The translations under genes and the position numbers were made by a program. Positions 48,306-61,815 of a stretch of DNA of 64,000 nt are shown one piece after another. This DNA is from an uncultured Candidatus Saccharibacteria bacterium. GTDB taxonomy: Bacteria; Patescibacteriota; Minisyncoccia; UBA6257; UBA9933. The notes under the pieces are model-generated. The model was not told the DNA's origin, did not search any database, and saw only the letters and a list, made by a program, of their open reading frames with translations. Where the stretch lies: the NCBI GenBank assembly GCA_964642155.1, contig CAZXNT010000003.1, positions 899 to 64,898 of the forward strand. The letters are read 5' to 3'. Position 1 is the stretch's first letter, and each line of letters opens with the position of its first letter.

Positions 48306-48822
48306 TTAAACAAAAATCGCGTTGTTAATCTCAATAAACTCAATTTGATTATTTTCCGTATCCCAAATTAAAAAAGTAGATTTTTTATATTTATGGCCGG
48401 ATATTTCGCCAGGATTGGCAAGTAAGCATTTATTTTCTAATATTTCAGAATATTGAGTATGATCATGCCCATAAAACACGGCGCTGTAACCGTCACTTTT
48501 CGCGGCAATTTCCGCAATATCCGGATAATGAGAAAGAAAAATTTTTACCGTCAATTTCAATCTCGGCACATATTTTATCGGCAATTTCCGCTTGTCCGCC
48601 ACTGGATAAAAAAGTTTTTGTAATTACAACCTTATCTCCGTCATTGTTCCCCCAAACAGCGAAAATATCCAAACCAGAATTTACCAAATTCTTGGCAATG
48701 CCATTATTTATAAAATCACCCCAAAATAACGCTTTTTTAATGCCGCGTTCTTTTATAATTTTCAATGCTTCTTCTAAATTATGGAAGTTATCGTGAATAT
48801 CCGATAAAATTGCGATTTTCAT
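48306..48822 (-). pseudogene. YfcE/MJ0936-type phosphodiesterase disrupted by frameshift at an A5T5 run (48546..48555)
   Basis: N-part ILSDIHDN ... and C-part GHDHTQ ... NPGEISG are in different frames and overlap. A one-base shift in aaaaattttt restores DGK-IFLSHYPD. Confidence 0.55.
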
Positions 48823-48845
48823 ATTTTTTTATTAATTTATTTTCT

Positions 48846-49136
48846 TTATTCCAAAATTCTCAAGAATTTGAGAATTAACTCGCCTCGCTTTGTGAGCTTA
48901 TGGCGGACATTGTGCCCGTTGGAGCGTTTCATTAAAAGACCACTGATTGCCAATCGTCTTATGTGCTCTGACGCGGTTTTAAAATTTAATTTTAATTTAT
49001 CCGCTATTTCCGTCACGGACATCTCCGGCTTCTTTCCTAAAAGTTCCAAAATTTCAACCCGACGATGATTGGCAACGCCTTTTATAATTCTTTCCAAATC
49101 ATAATAAGTTTTTTCTTTTTTCTCCGCTTTTTCCAT
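48846..49136 (-). CDS. ArsR-family winged-HTH regulator (paralog C)
   Basis: ANHRRVEILELL ... LNFKTASEHIRRLAISGLL. Paralogous to the 36115 gene. Confidence 0.75.
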   Translation of the reverse strand: MEKAEKKEKTYYDLERIIKGVANHRRVEILELLGKKPEMSVTEIADKLKLNFKTASEHIRRLAISGLLMKRSNGHNVRHKLTKRGELILKFLRILE

Positions 49137-49160
49137 ATTTTTATATTAACACCTTATTCA

Positions 49161-49196
49161 GTTAATTCCAATATTCTTGAGAATATTGGAATTAAC
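49161..49196. repeat. 36-bp palindromic element GTTAATTCCAATATTCT-TG-AGAATATTGGAATTAAC upstream of ArsR-C
   Basis: Seen directly. Same family as the trmD insertion. Confidence 0.6.
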
Positions 49197-49218
49197 TATT
49201 TTTTGTTATAACATCGCT

Positions 49219-50043
49219 TTATAATATTGCTTTGCGCGCTTTAATGGTTCTGCCGAAAAACTTGCTTCCTAAAATTGTGAATTTATCGGTTAAATCAGTG
49301 GAATAAAAATGAATAATTCCGTTTTTACCGATTTTTTCTTCTATTTCCTTGTGTTTATTTAAATAATCGCTTAGTTTTGACGGCACGACTTTTGTTTCTG
49401 ACACAATACGAATATCCGGCCCGATTATTTTACGTATTTTATTTTCTAAAATTCCATAATGGGTGCAGCCTAAAATTAGGGTGTCTATTTTTTTATTTAC
49501 AAGAGGACGCAAATAATCGCGGATTATCAATTCCGCTGCTTTTGAATTTTGTTCTCCGGATTCAATCAATGGCACAAGAAGAGGGCAGGCTTTTTGAAAC
49601 ACTTTTGCTTTAAGATTAAGTTTTTTAATTTCCCTTACAAATGCTTCTGAGCGTGTTGCGCTTTCTGTCGCAATCACGCCAATTTTTTTATTATGCGTTT
49701 TCTCTACGGCTTCTTCAGTCGCCGGAATAAGCACTCCAAGCGCTTTTTTATCCGACCAATGACTTGGCAAATATTCTTGCTGAATTTTACGCAAAGCCTC
49801 ACTGGAAGCGGTATTACAGGCTAAGATTATAAGCTCGCAATTGTTTTTAAAAAGAAAATTAACCGCTTGTTTAGTGAATTCATATATTGTTTCCTGAGAA
49901 CGCGTTCCATATGGAGTACGGGCAGTATCGCCTAAATAAATATAATTATAATCAGGAAGTTTTTTTACAATGCCGCGCAGAATATCCAACCCGCCGAAAC
50001 CGGAATCAAAAACGCCAATAAATTTATTTTTTGATTTTTGCAT
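49219..50043 (-). CDS. murI: glutamate racemase
   Basis: GVFDSGFGGL and GCTHY motifs. Confidence 0.85.
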   Translation of the reverse strand: MQKSKNKFIGVFDSGFGGLDILRGIVKKLPDYNYIYLGDTARTPYGTRSQETIYEFTKQAVNFLFKNNCELIILACNTASSEALRKIQQEYLPSHWSDKKALGVLIPATEEAVEKTHNKKIGVIATESATRSEAFVREIKKLNLKAKVFQKACPLLVPLIESGEQNSKAAELIIRDYLRPLVNKKIDTLILGCTHYGILENKIRKIIGPDIRIVSETKVVPSKLSDYLNKHKEIEEKIGKNGIIHFYSTDLTDKFTILGSKFFGRTIKARKAIL

Positions 50044-50054
50044 AATAAATAATA

Positions 50055-50090
50055 GTTAATTCTCAAATTCTTGAGAATATTGGAATAAAC
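50055..50090. repeat. 36-bp palindromic element (hybrid arms) upstream of murI
   Basis: GTTAATTCTCAAATTCT-TG-AGAATATTGGAATAAAC. Confidence 0.55.
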
Positions 50091-50113
50091 CACTAAAATT
50101 TTTGTCTAAAAAT

Positions 50114-50437
50114 TTATCCGGTTTTTTCTAAAAATATCTTTTTGTCAAAACCGCCGCGTTTTTGTTTTCTTTCTTCTTTTACTTTTAAAATTTCCTCTTT
50201 GTCCAATCCGAAAGATTTTTCTATATATTCAAGCACTTCCAAAACATCCCCGATTTCTTTTATTAAATCCTGATTGTTTTCCGCTAAAAACAATTCCTCG
50301 ACCTCTTCTTTTATTTTTTTCTTTAATTCTTTTTTATACTCTTCCTCATCCAAAATTCTAACAAACGGCTTTTCGCCGTCTTTTTCAATAATTTCCGGAA
50401 TCCTATCCCGCACCAATTTGTTATAAATTTTTGCCAT
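50114..50437 (-). CDS. MazG-like nucleotide pyrophosphohydrolase
   Basis: KLVRDRIPEII, EE..E.GD metal-binding helix pattern, 107 aa. Confidence 0.65.
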   Translation of the reverse strand: MAKIYNKLVRDRIPEIIEKDGEKPFVRILDEEEYKKELKKKIKEEVEELFLAENNQDLIKEIGDVLEVLEYIEKSFGLDKEEILKVKEERKQKRGGFDKKIFLEKTG

Positions 50438-50440
50438 GGT

Positions 50441-54076
<3,636 letters not shown>

Positions 54077-54148
54077 TTACAAATAAAAAAGGGTAATTAA
54101 AAATTACCCCTTCTCCTTAACATCTGACTTTATCCTCCTTTTTCAAGG

Positions 54149-54319
54149 CTAAATTTTTACTCCGTGGAAATTATTGCCGACATATGCGTAATTATCGCAG
54201 GAGACACATTTAAGTTTATGTAAATCTCCTGCATCTAACGCTATCTCTTCCCTAACATCAGCGCCACATTTCGAGCATTTTATCCCAGGAATTATTTCTT
54301 GATTATTTTTCTCACTCAT
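54149..54319 (-). CDS. small zinc-ribbon protein (56 aa)
   Basis: MSEKNNQEIIPGIKCSKCGADV...KCVSCDNYAY. Perfect SD AAAGGAGGTG 5 nt upstream. Below the ORF-track cutoff. Confidence 0.55.
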   Translation of the reverse strand: MSEKNNQEIIPGIKCSKCGADVREEIALDAGDLHKLKCVSCDNYAYVGNNFHGVKI

Positions 54320-54341
54320 CTTTACACCTCCTTTCCTTTTT

Positions 54342-54593
54342 TTAATTCTGAATTTTAACCACGATCCCCGTGTCCCTTAATTTTTTAATAAAAGAGCTTG
54401 TGAAGATGTTTTTTAATTCTTTTTTCTCCCCCTTTATTAAATATGCATGAGAGCCGACTTCTGAAATGGCGAATTTTTTATCAGCAATATTTAAAATGTC
54501 TTGCTCTGTGAATATGATCGCAAAACTACAAATATTAACTTTAATACGCCGCCACTTTGGGAATATTACTTTAATCGCTTTCATATCCAACAC
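54342..54593 (-). CDS. hypothetical protein
   Basis: 83-aa ORF. Confidence 0.35.
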   Translation of the reverse strand: MLDMKAIKVIFPKWRRIKVNICSFAIIFTEQDILNIADKKFAISEVGSHAYLIKGEKKELKNIFTSSFIKKLRDTGIVVKIQN

Positions 54594-54624
54594 CCCCTAT
54601 TTAAAATTTTTAATTTGCTACTTT

Positions 54625-55683
54625 TTATTTATCAAATCTTTCTTCATCTGGTTTGTCAATAGAAATAGGTTCCAAACCGGCAGCTTCGCCAGTAATCCGC
54701 AAAACGTCTTTATCAATTTTACCAAGTTCTTTGGAAGCGGAATTATACATATTAACCGTGGTGCCCAGATGCGTTCCCAGTTTTTTCATATAATTTTCAT
54801 AACTCCCCAAATGACGACCCAATTCTTCAACGCGTTTGCGAATTTCTTTCGCCGATTCTTCAATCTGTAAAGCTTTCAACCCCTGTAAAACTGTCTGTAA
54901 ATAAGCCAGAAAGGTTGTCGGCGAAACAATCATCACTTTTTTATCGCCGGTCGCGTATTCAATTAAATCGCGTGTGTTTGATTTTACGGCGCCAATTTTA
55001 TTGATAAGCAAATCGTAATAAACCGCTTCTGACGGAATAAACATAAAAGCGAAATCCATCGTGTTTTCCGACGGCTTGATATATTTTGAAGTTTCGTCAA
55101 TGCGGGCCTTTAAATCGTCGCGGAAAACGCTTTCCAATTTTTGCCTTTCTGTTTCGTTTCGCGTTTCCAGAATCCGATTGTAATTTTCAAGAGAAAATTT
55201 AGAATCAATTGGAATTATTTTATCTTTGACAAAAACCACGGCATCAACAATACTGCCGTCTTTAAACTCATATTGCATCTGAAAACTGCCGGGGGGCAAA
55301 ACATTTTCCAAAACAGTTTTGAGAAAATATTCTCCCAGAACTCCGCGCTGTTTCGGATTTTTCAAAATATCCTGCAAACTTTCCAATTGGCGGGCGATGT
55401 CAACGACCTGTTTCTGGCCCTCGCCGACTTTTGTAAGCTCTTGAGTGATTTCCTTGATAATCCGGCTGCTTTCGCCGAACTGGCGCTGCATAATTTGAGT
55501 GGATTGTTCAAGTCTTGAATCAACCTGCCGGCTGATTTCCTGAATTTGATTTTGAAGCAAAAGCATAACCGGACTATTGCTTTCTTTCTCCCGAGCTTTT
55601 TGAAAATTTCTTAAAAACAAAAATCCGGCTACCAAACCAATCAATAAAACCGCCAGTATTGATGTCAAAAAAATTATTTCCAT
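54625..55683 (-). CDS. rmuC: DNA recombination protein RmuC
   Basis: N-terminal TM, coiled coil, RmuC C-terminal domain. Confidence 0.75.
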   Translation of the reverse strand: MEIIFLTSILAVLLIGLVAGFLFLRNFQKAREKESNSPVMLLLQNQIQEISRQVDSRLEQSTQIMQRQFGESSRIIKEITQELTKVGEGQKQVVDIARQLESLQDILKNPKQRGVLGEYFLKTVLENVLPPGSFQMQYEFKDGSIVDAVVFVKDKIIPIDSKFSLENYNRILETRNETERQKLESVFRDDLKARIDETSKYIKPSENTMDFAFMFIPSEAVYYDLLINKIGAVKSNTRDLIEYATGDKKVMIVSPTTFLAYLQTVLQGLKALQIEESAKEIRKRVEELGRHLGSYENYMKKLGTHLGTTVNMYNSASKELGKIDKDVLRITGEAAGLEPISIDKPDEERFDK

Positions 55684-55723
55684 ATCTGTTTACTGTTTAC
55701 TGTTTCCTGTTTACTATATAATA

Positions 55724-57286
55724 ATGTCTTTATTGCCAGAATACAATTATACAAAAATCGGTTCGGCAAGCGATTTAAGCGACCCAAAAGAGCGTCGGAT
55801 ATACAGAATACTGGAAATTTTTCCGGCCGGATTGTCCTGGCTTACTTTAATCAGCGTTGTTCTTGTATCGTGGCTGACGCCAGTTTTCGCCGCGATTTTC
55901 ATAATCGTTTTTGATATTTATTGGCTTTTAAAAACCGTTTATCTTTCTTTTCATTTACGTTCCGCGTTTAAAAAAATGCGGCACAATATGGAAATAAATT
56001 GGTTCAGCAAACTAATTCAGAATGAAGAATTAAAAATTAAGAATTGGCAAAATATTTATCATTTAATTTTCCTCCCTTTTTACAACGAATCGGAAGAAAC
56101 GATTCGTGCTTCAATTGAAAGCCTATCAAACGCCAATTATCCGAAAGATAAAATGATTGTTGTTTTGGCGGCTGAAGAACGAGCTGGAGAATCTGCTACA
56201 TTTATTACCGAAAAAATTAAAAAAGAATACGAAAATAAATTTTTCAAATTTTTGACGACTATTCATCCCGCGAATCTTTCAAATGAAATTCCGGGCAAAG
56301 GTTCAAATATCGCCTGGGCGGGGGAACAAGCTAAAAAAGAAATTATTGATAATTTAAAAATCCCTTATGAAAACGTTTTAGTTTCGGCTTTTGACGTGGA
56401 CACCGTGATTTATCCGGATTATTTCAGCCGACTAACTTATGTTTTTCTTAATACTCCGAATAATCAAAATTTCAGTTATCAGCCGGTGCCTTTTTACACC
56501 AATAATATCTGGCAATCGCCGGCTCTGGCGCGCGTTGTGGCTTTTTCCGCGACCTTCTGGCACACCATTCAGCAAGAAAGAATGGAACGGCTAACAACAT
56601 TCTCTTCCCACTCAATGCCATTACAAGCCCTTATCAATGTTGATTTCTGGCAGACGAATATGGTCAGCGAAGATTCAAGAATTTTCTGGCAAAGCCTTCT
56701 CCGCCATAACGGCGATTACGGAACAATGCCGCTTTATTATCCGGTGAAAATGGACGCGAACGCGGCGCCGAAATTTTGGCAAACAATGAAAAATTTATAC
56801 AAACAGCAGCGGCGGTGGGCATGGGGCTGCGAAAATATTCCATATATGCTTTTCGGATTTTGGAAAAACAAAAAAATTCCGTTCCGCAAAAAATGGCATT
56901 ACGCCTGGGTTTATATTGAAGGATTTTGGTCATGGTCAACAAATACTTTAATTATTTTTATGCTTGGCTGGCTGCCAATACTGCTAGGCGGAGAAGTTTT
57001 CAAACAAACCCTGCTCGCTTATAATCTTCCGCAAATCACAAGATGGCTGATGACTCTGGCGACTGTCGGAATCATCACTTCAGCCTATCTGACAATGGTA
57101 ATTTTGCCGCCAAAACCAATGGAATACGGAAAATATAAATATCTTGAAATGATTCTGCAATGGCCTCTGCTTTTGATAACAATGGTTATTTTCGGCGCGT
57201 TCCCGGCATTGGAAGCCCAAACGCGGCTAGCATTAAGCGGAAAATTCCGGCTCGGTTTTTGGGTAACGCCGAAAGAAAAATTGTAA
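55724..57286 (+). CDS. processive family-2 glycosyltransferase (cellulose/chitin-synthase-like, QxxRW) membrane protein
   Basis: QQRRWAWG motif, D,D,D pattern, multiple TM helices. Confidence 0.75.
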   Translation: MSLLPEYNYTKIGSASDLSDPKERRIYRILEIFPAGLSWLTLISVVLVSWLTPVFAAIFIIVFDIYWLLKTVYLSFHLRSAFKKMRHNMEINWFSKLIQNEELKIKNWQNIYHLIFLPFYNESEETIRASIESLSNANYPKDKMIVVLAAEERAGESATFITEKIKKEYENKFFKFLTTIHPANLSNEIPGKGSNIAWAGEQAKKEIIDNLKIPYENVLVSAFDVDTVIYPDYFSRLTYVFLNTPNNQNFSYQPVPFYTNNIWQSPALARVVAFSATFWHTIQQERMERLTTFSSHSMPLQALINVDFWQTNMVSEDSRIFWQSLLRHNGDYGTMPLYYPVKMDANAAPKFWQTMKNLYKQQRRWAWGCENIPYMLFGFWKNKKIPFRKKWHYAWVYIEGFWSWSTNTLIIFMLGWLPILLGGEVFKQTLLAYNLPQITRWLMTLATVGIITSAYLTMVILPPKPMEYGKYKYLEMILQWPLLLITMVIFGAFPALEAQTRLALSGKFRLGFWVTPKEKL

Positions 57287-57336
57287 AATAAATCCTTGAT
57301 TATAATCGCATTGAGTTGTAAATTATAAAAAACATT

Positions 57337-57410
57337 TGCGGGATCATCTAGTGGTAGGATGCGACTCTCTGAAAGTCGTCACCTTGGTTCGAATCCAAGT
57401 CCCGCAGCCA
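57337..57410 (+). tRNA. tRNA-Gln (anticodon CTG), CCA encoded
   Basis: Manual fold. U1:A72 acceptor TGCGGGA/TCCCGCA, anticodon loop CTCTGAA, T loop TTCGAAT, discriminator G, CCA. Confidence 0.85.
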
Positions 57411-57450
57411 ATCAAAATAAAAACGCCATAATGGCGTTTTTATTTTGATT
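57401..57450 (+). terminator. long perfect hairpin overlapping the tRNA 3' end
   Basis: gccaatcaaaataaaaacgcc-ataat-ggcgtttttattttgattggc. Confidence 0.45.
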
Positions 57451-57587
57451 GGCTGTCTGTCCTGAACAAAATCCGAACCTTTTTCCAAACTAATCCGACT
57501 GACTACTAATCTGCGCGCCTCGTCCGCTCCCTGCGGTCGCGGGAGCAAAAACCAAAAATTTTCCTTACCTTTCTTCTTTTCCTCGGC

Positions 57588-57603
57588 GGGGGGGGTGGGG
57601 GGG
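57588..57603. repeat. homopolymeric G8-T-G7 tract
   Basis: ggggggggtggggggg seen directly, ~85 bp upstream of the XRE gene. Confidence 0.9.
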
Positions 57604-57688
57604 AGCCGACAAAAAATGGAAAGGAGATTTTTGGTTTTGCTTCGCCGCCAGCATAAATACATTATATGGCAGTTTGGAATAATACACA

Positions 57689-57934
57689 ATGGAATACTAT
57701 ACTTACAATGTAATGCCTAGAGCAATTTATACAAAAGACCATAATGCAATCGTTGAACGCTTGAAAAAGGCGCGTCTTGAGTCTGGGCTTGGACAGGTTG
57801 ATGCTTCAAAGAAACTTGGCAAGACACAGTCTTATCTTTCAAAAATTGAATCTGGGCAAAGACGATTTGATGTTTTGCAATTAAAAGAATTTGCAAAAAT
57901 TTATAAAAAGGACATCAATTATTTCATCAAATAA
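57689..57934 (+). CDS. XRE-family (Cro/C1-type) HTH regulator
   Basis: QVDASKKLGKTQSYLSKIESGQR helix-turn-helix. Confidence 0.7.
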   Translation: MEYYTYNVMPRAIYTKDHNAIVERLKKARLESGLGQVDASKKLGKTQSYLSKIESGQRRFDVLQLKEFAKIYKKDINYFIK

Positions 57935-57938
57935 GAAT

Positions 57939-58460
57939 ATGGAAATAAATTCTCATAAAACGATTGTAGGTATCATTGGTGGTCATTCTCATAATACAAA
58001 CCAACAGGCATTATCTCTTGCAGAAAAAACTGGGGAACAATTAGCGAAACTTGGTATTACTATTGCTTGCGGTGGCGAGGATGGAATTATGGAAGCAATT
58101 TGTAAAGGAGCAAAACAATGCGGTGGCACAACAATAGCCATCACTAAAAGTAACAAAAAAGGGGATGCGAATAAGTATGTTGATTATGTAATTCCAACAT
58201 CGCTTGATCTCGCTTTTATGAATGTCCTCGCTTGGTCATCTGACGCGGTGATTGCATTTGATGGGCGTTTTGGAACGATGTGTGAAATTGGTTTAATTCT
58301 CGATATCGGTAGACCTTTGGTGCTTCTTGGTAAACATGAGTTAATTTATACCGAGAAGATAAGGGTTCAGAACTTTGCTCATTTTAAGGAGTACTCTGAT
58401 GAAAATATTCAGAAAGCTATTGATTTTGTAATACAACACATTCCTAAAAATATCTCGTAA
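57939..58460 (+). CDS. LOG/TIGR00725-family Rossmann-fold protein
   Basis: IVGIIGGHSH...ITIACGGEDGIMEA...DAVIAFDGRFGTMCE. Start taken at the internal Met just after the HTH stop. Confidence 0.6.
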   Translation: MEINSHKTIVGIIGGHSHNTNQQALSLAEKTGEQLAKLGITIACGGEDGIMEAICKGAKQCGGTTIAITKSNKKGDANKYVDYVIPTSLDLAFMNVLAWSSDAVIAFDGRFGTMCEIGLILDIGRPLVLLGKHELIYTEKIRVQNFAHFKEYSDENIQKAIDFVIQHIPKNIS

Positions 58461-58466
58461 AATAAT

Positions 58467-59033
58467 ATGCCATACTCAAGTTTTATTTTTGATAGATATA
58501 TAGAAGAAATTATTCGACTATTAAAACCAGAGACTCTTCTTGATCTTGGTGCCGGTGCCGGAAAATACGGCGAGTTAGCAAAAAAGATCAGTCCATCCAT
58601 AAAATTAACAGCTGTTGAAATTGAAAAAGACTACATAAAAAATTTTAAGCTCCCTTCCGTTTACGATGAAGTATGGAACATTTCTGTTACGGATTTAATT
58701 AACCCAAAATATTATGATTCAACCTTTGATGTGGTTATGATTGGCGATATTATTGAACACCTAAAAAAATCAGATGGTATTGATTTACTCAATTTTTTAA
58801 TTTACAGATGTCGTTGGATTATCCTTGAATTTCCCTATCGCTATCTCCAAAACTCTGTTGATGGGTATCATTCAGAGGCTCACATATCAGTATGGACAAA
58901 AGATGACTTTATTTCGTTCGAAAGGACTCAGCTATATGAGAAAGATGCTCAGCGTTTGGTCGTACTTCGCGGATATCTTGAAAGCAAGATGTCTGTCGCA
59001 GACATTGAGTCATTGATTGATAAACATGAATAA
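58467..59033 (+). CDS. class I SAM-dependent methyltransferase
   Basis: LLDLGAGAGKYG motif I. Confidence 0.7.
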   Translation: MPYSSFIFDRYIEEIIRLLKPETLLDLGAGAGKYGELAKKISPSIKLTAVEIEKDYIKNFKLPSVYDEVWNISVTDLINPKYYDSTFDVVMIGDIIEHLKKSDGIDLLNFLIYRCRWIILEFPYRYLQNSVDGYHSEAHISVWTKDDFISFERTQLYEKDAQRLVVLRGYLESKMSVADIESLIDKHE

Positions 59034-59859
59034 TAATGATTTAAAAATTGGTGTGTGTATTATGGTGCATAATATGGCCCCTTTTATTGGGGCTTGCGTA
59101 CAATCGCTTCAATGGACAGATGGAATATTTATATATGATGATCATTCTACTGATGGAAGTGTTGAGGTGGCGCGATCTCAGTCTGAAATACCGATTAATG
59201 TCGAGTACTCAAAGAATAAAGATGTGGCTTTCAAGAGAGGAGAACTTGAGACACGAAATTATGTTATTGACCGAGCCTTTGAAGAACTTAATGTTGATAT
59301 TTTGATGATTGCAGATGCCGACGAATTATTCTCATCATCACTCCGTTCAAAAATAATCGAGTCTTTTAGTAATCCTGATACGGACGGGATAGCTTTTTCA
59401 ATATGGCATCTTTATAACGAAGAGCAATATATTCACTTTTGGGAAATAAAAATCAATGGTGTGGATATGATTGATCCGCATACTCGTATTATTAAAAAGG
59501 GTAGACATTTCATTCCTCTTTTTGAGGATGGCAGTCACCCAATTCTTGAGCCAACAAAACACACTGTGTGTTTTCACGGCCCTTACCATTTTCATCTTAA
59601 ATATCACCATAAAAGCACTTTCCCTAATTACTCGATTTATTTTTTACCCGAAAAACTAAGAGAAGAGGATGTGTTGCCATACCTTAGACCATTACCTTTC
59701 GAGTTGCCGAATGATGTAAGGTCAGCCATTTCGTTGGTTAATTGGGATAGCCTACCACCCCACAAAGAAACGCCTCACTATTTATCAAAACGTGTGAAAT
59801 TTACCGATCCAAGTGAGGCACTAATTCACCCTAAAGATAAAAAATATGATAAAAATTGA
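59017..59859 (+). CDS. glycosyltransferase family 2-like (GT-A)
   Basis: IYDDHSTDGS and DADE motifs. Confidence 0.55.
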   Translation: MINMNNNDLKIGVCIMVHNMAPFIGACVQSLQWTDGIFIYDDHSTDGSVEVARSQSEIPINVEYSKNKDVAFKRGELETRNYVIDRAFEELNVDILMIADADELFSSSLRSKIIESFSNPDTDGIAFSIWHLYNEEQYIHFWEIKINGVDMIDPHTRIIKKGRHFIPLFEDGSHPILEPTKHTVCFHGPYHFHLKYHHKSTFPNYSIYFLPEKLREEDVLPYLRPLPFELPNDVRSAISLVNWDSLPPHKETPHYLSKRVKFTDPSEALIHPKDKKYDKN

Positions 59860-60790
59860 ACGAGGAAAAGATGTATTACTTTTCTATGAAAAGCATAAAT
59901 GGGATTATGTTGAAACATATTCAAAAAGAAGTATCTCAGGCTTTTACGCGTGGTATACGCTTCTCGCTCGTGCTCTAAAGGAAAATGGCTATCGTGTTTA
60001 CGAAAATGATTACGAACTGGCCATAGCTAACCCGACATATCCGATAGGAATTGTTGGCACTCCAAACTGTATTCCAAAATGGTCGTTGCCAAATCCGGCA
60101 ATTTTAGGTCCAAGTATGTATGATAACCCATCTCAAAATCCAAGTTTAATGAAAGATCCAAGATTCAAATATTATTTACTGACATGCAATTGGCTTAAAA
60201 ATGTTTTTGAAAAAACGTACGGCAATGCGTGTGTTATATGGTATGCAGGAATTTCAACGGGCGAGTGGGAAGATACAAAAAATAACCAGAAATCTATCGA
60301 CGTACTTATTTATGATAAAATTCGCTGGGAAAGAGAAAAAACTGTTCCATTATTTCTTGATCCGATTAAAGCATATCTAGATAAAAAGGGTCTGTCATAT
60401 TTTGTACTACCATACGGAAATATCACACACGAAGCTTATAAAGATTTATTGAGAAAAAGCCGGTCAATGGTTTTTCTCTGCGAACATGAAACCCAAGGAA
60501 TAGCTTACCAAGAAGCCCTTGCTTCAAATGTGCCTATTATTGCATGGGATCACGGATGGTGGACTGATCCTGTTTGGCCTGCATTCTCTGAAAATCCTAT
60601 CCCTGCAACATCTGTACCAAACTTCTCAAAAGAGTGCGGAGAAAAATTTAAAATGATTTCAGATTTTCCCGTAACTTTTGAGAAATTTTGGACCAATCTT
60701 AATTCTTATACGCCACGTGCTTATATAGAAAAAGAAGTTTCTTTCAAGGTATCAGCTGATTTGTACGCAAAATATTATTTTAGCATCTAA
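59846..60790 (+). CDS. putative GT-B glycosyltransferase
   Basis: C-terminal E-x7-E-like region ETQGIAYQEALASNVPIIAWD. Confidence 0.45.
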   Translation: MIKIERGKDVLLFYEKHKWDYVETYSKRSISGFYAWYTLLARALKENGYRVYENDYELAIANPTYPIGIVGTPNCIPKWSLPNPAILGPSMYDNPSQNPSLMKDPRFKYYLLTCNWLKNVFEKTYGNACVIWYAGISTGEWEDTKNNQKSIDVLIYDKIRWEREKTVPLFLDPIKAYLDKKGLSYFVLPYGNITHEAYKDLLRKSRSMVFLCEHETQGIAYQEALASNVPIIAWDHGWWTDPVWPAFSENPIPATSVPNFSKECGEKFKMISDFPVTFEKFWTNLNSYTPRAYIEKEVSFKVSADLYAKYYFSI

Positions 60791-60795
60791 CTATT

Positions 60796-61815
60796 ATGGC
60801 GACCTACAAATGCGCGTGGTTTATAAATTTTACTGGTATCGGAAACGGAACAACTATTACACCCCTACTCCAATGTTTTGAGAAAAGTTATCCAACAACG
60901 GACTACTTTCATAGTGAAAATGAAATTCTTTCAGACAAATGGTTTATTGAAAAAGCTGGATTGAAAAGACTGAAAGGATTTAGTCCAATTGCATGGAGAC
61001 GGTTTAATAGAGAAGACTGGGACAAGATTGTCGATTTTGTAAATCAAAATCAGATTGATTTGATTGTTAATTTGCGTAATGAGGGTCCAAAGTATGATAT
61101 TAATTACTATGAATTTAAGAAATTTCTAAAACAGGATCACAATGTTGTTTTTTGGGATTTGGATTTTAATATTATTGAAAATAGAGAAAAACAAGAAAAT
61201 CTGACTGGTGATCTCCTGAGAATGTTTCAGCAACAGGGTGTTGATATTTCTCATTATAAATCTCGATGGCTCTCTGTTTACAGTGAAGATAAAAGTGGAA
61301 TCGGTTTTGGTATGGCTGCTAGTCAGAAAAATAAGCGTTGGCCAACACATAAGTGGGTTGAACTAGCACAAAAAATATTAAAAAACTATGATCAAAAAAT
61401 AATTTTATTTCATGGCTTGTCACAAGAGGAAACGGATCAAGCAATAGAAGTACAAAAGGTTATTGGATCGAATAGGTGCGAACTGATCAACCACCAAGAA
61501 CTTAGTCACATTGCGATTATGTTGGGAAAGTTAAAATGTTTTATTTCAAATGATACTGGCCTTTTGCATATTTGTTCTGCGGCTGGAATTCCTACAATCG
61601 GTCTATATACAAACACTGACCCTAATATATGGGCACCTTATAATAAAACAAATTTTTTATACTGCGTTAATATTTTTATGAAAAAATGTCCAGCGCGTAA
61701 AATATACTGTGGAAATTGTTTTCATTATTATGATCCTTGTCCGGCGATTACTCAGTATGGTGACAGTATCAGTCCTAAACAAGTATTTGAGCTAGTTAAG
61801 GAAATGATTGTTTAG
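60796..61815 (+). CDS. glycosyltransferase family 9 (heptosyltransferase-like)
   Basis: KRWPTHKW...ISNDTGLLHICSAAGIPTIGLY. Confidence 0.7.
   Translation: MATYKCAWFINFTGIGNGTTITPLLQCFEKSYPTTDYFHSENEILSDKWFIEKAGLKRLKGFSPIAWRRFNREDWDKIVDFVNQNQIDLIVNLRNEGPKYDINYYEFKKFLKQDHNVVFWDLDFNIIENREKQENLTGDLLRMFQQQGVDISHYKSRWLSVYSEDKSGIGFGMAASQKNKRWPTHKWVELAQKILKNYDQKIILFHGLSQEETDQAIEVQKVIGSNRCELINHQELSHIAIMLGKLKCFISNDTGLLHICSAAGIPTIGLYTNTDPNIWAPYNKTNFLYCVNIFMKKCPARKIYCGNCFHYYDPCPAITQYGDSISPKQVFELVKEMIV

Noticed and set aside
57348-57689. 113-aa minus-strand ORF
   Set aside because: It is overlapped by tRNA-Gln and the G-rich spacer and has no motifs, so it is likely spurious.
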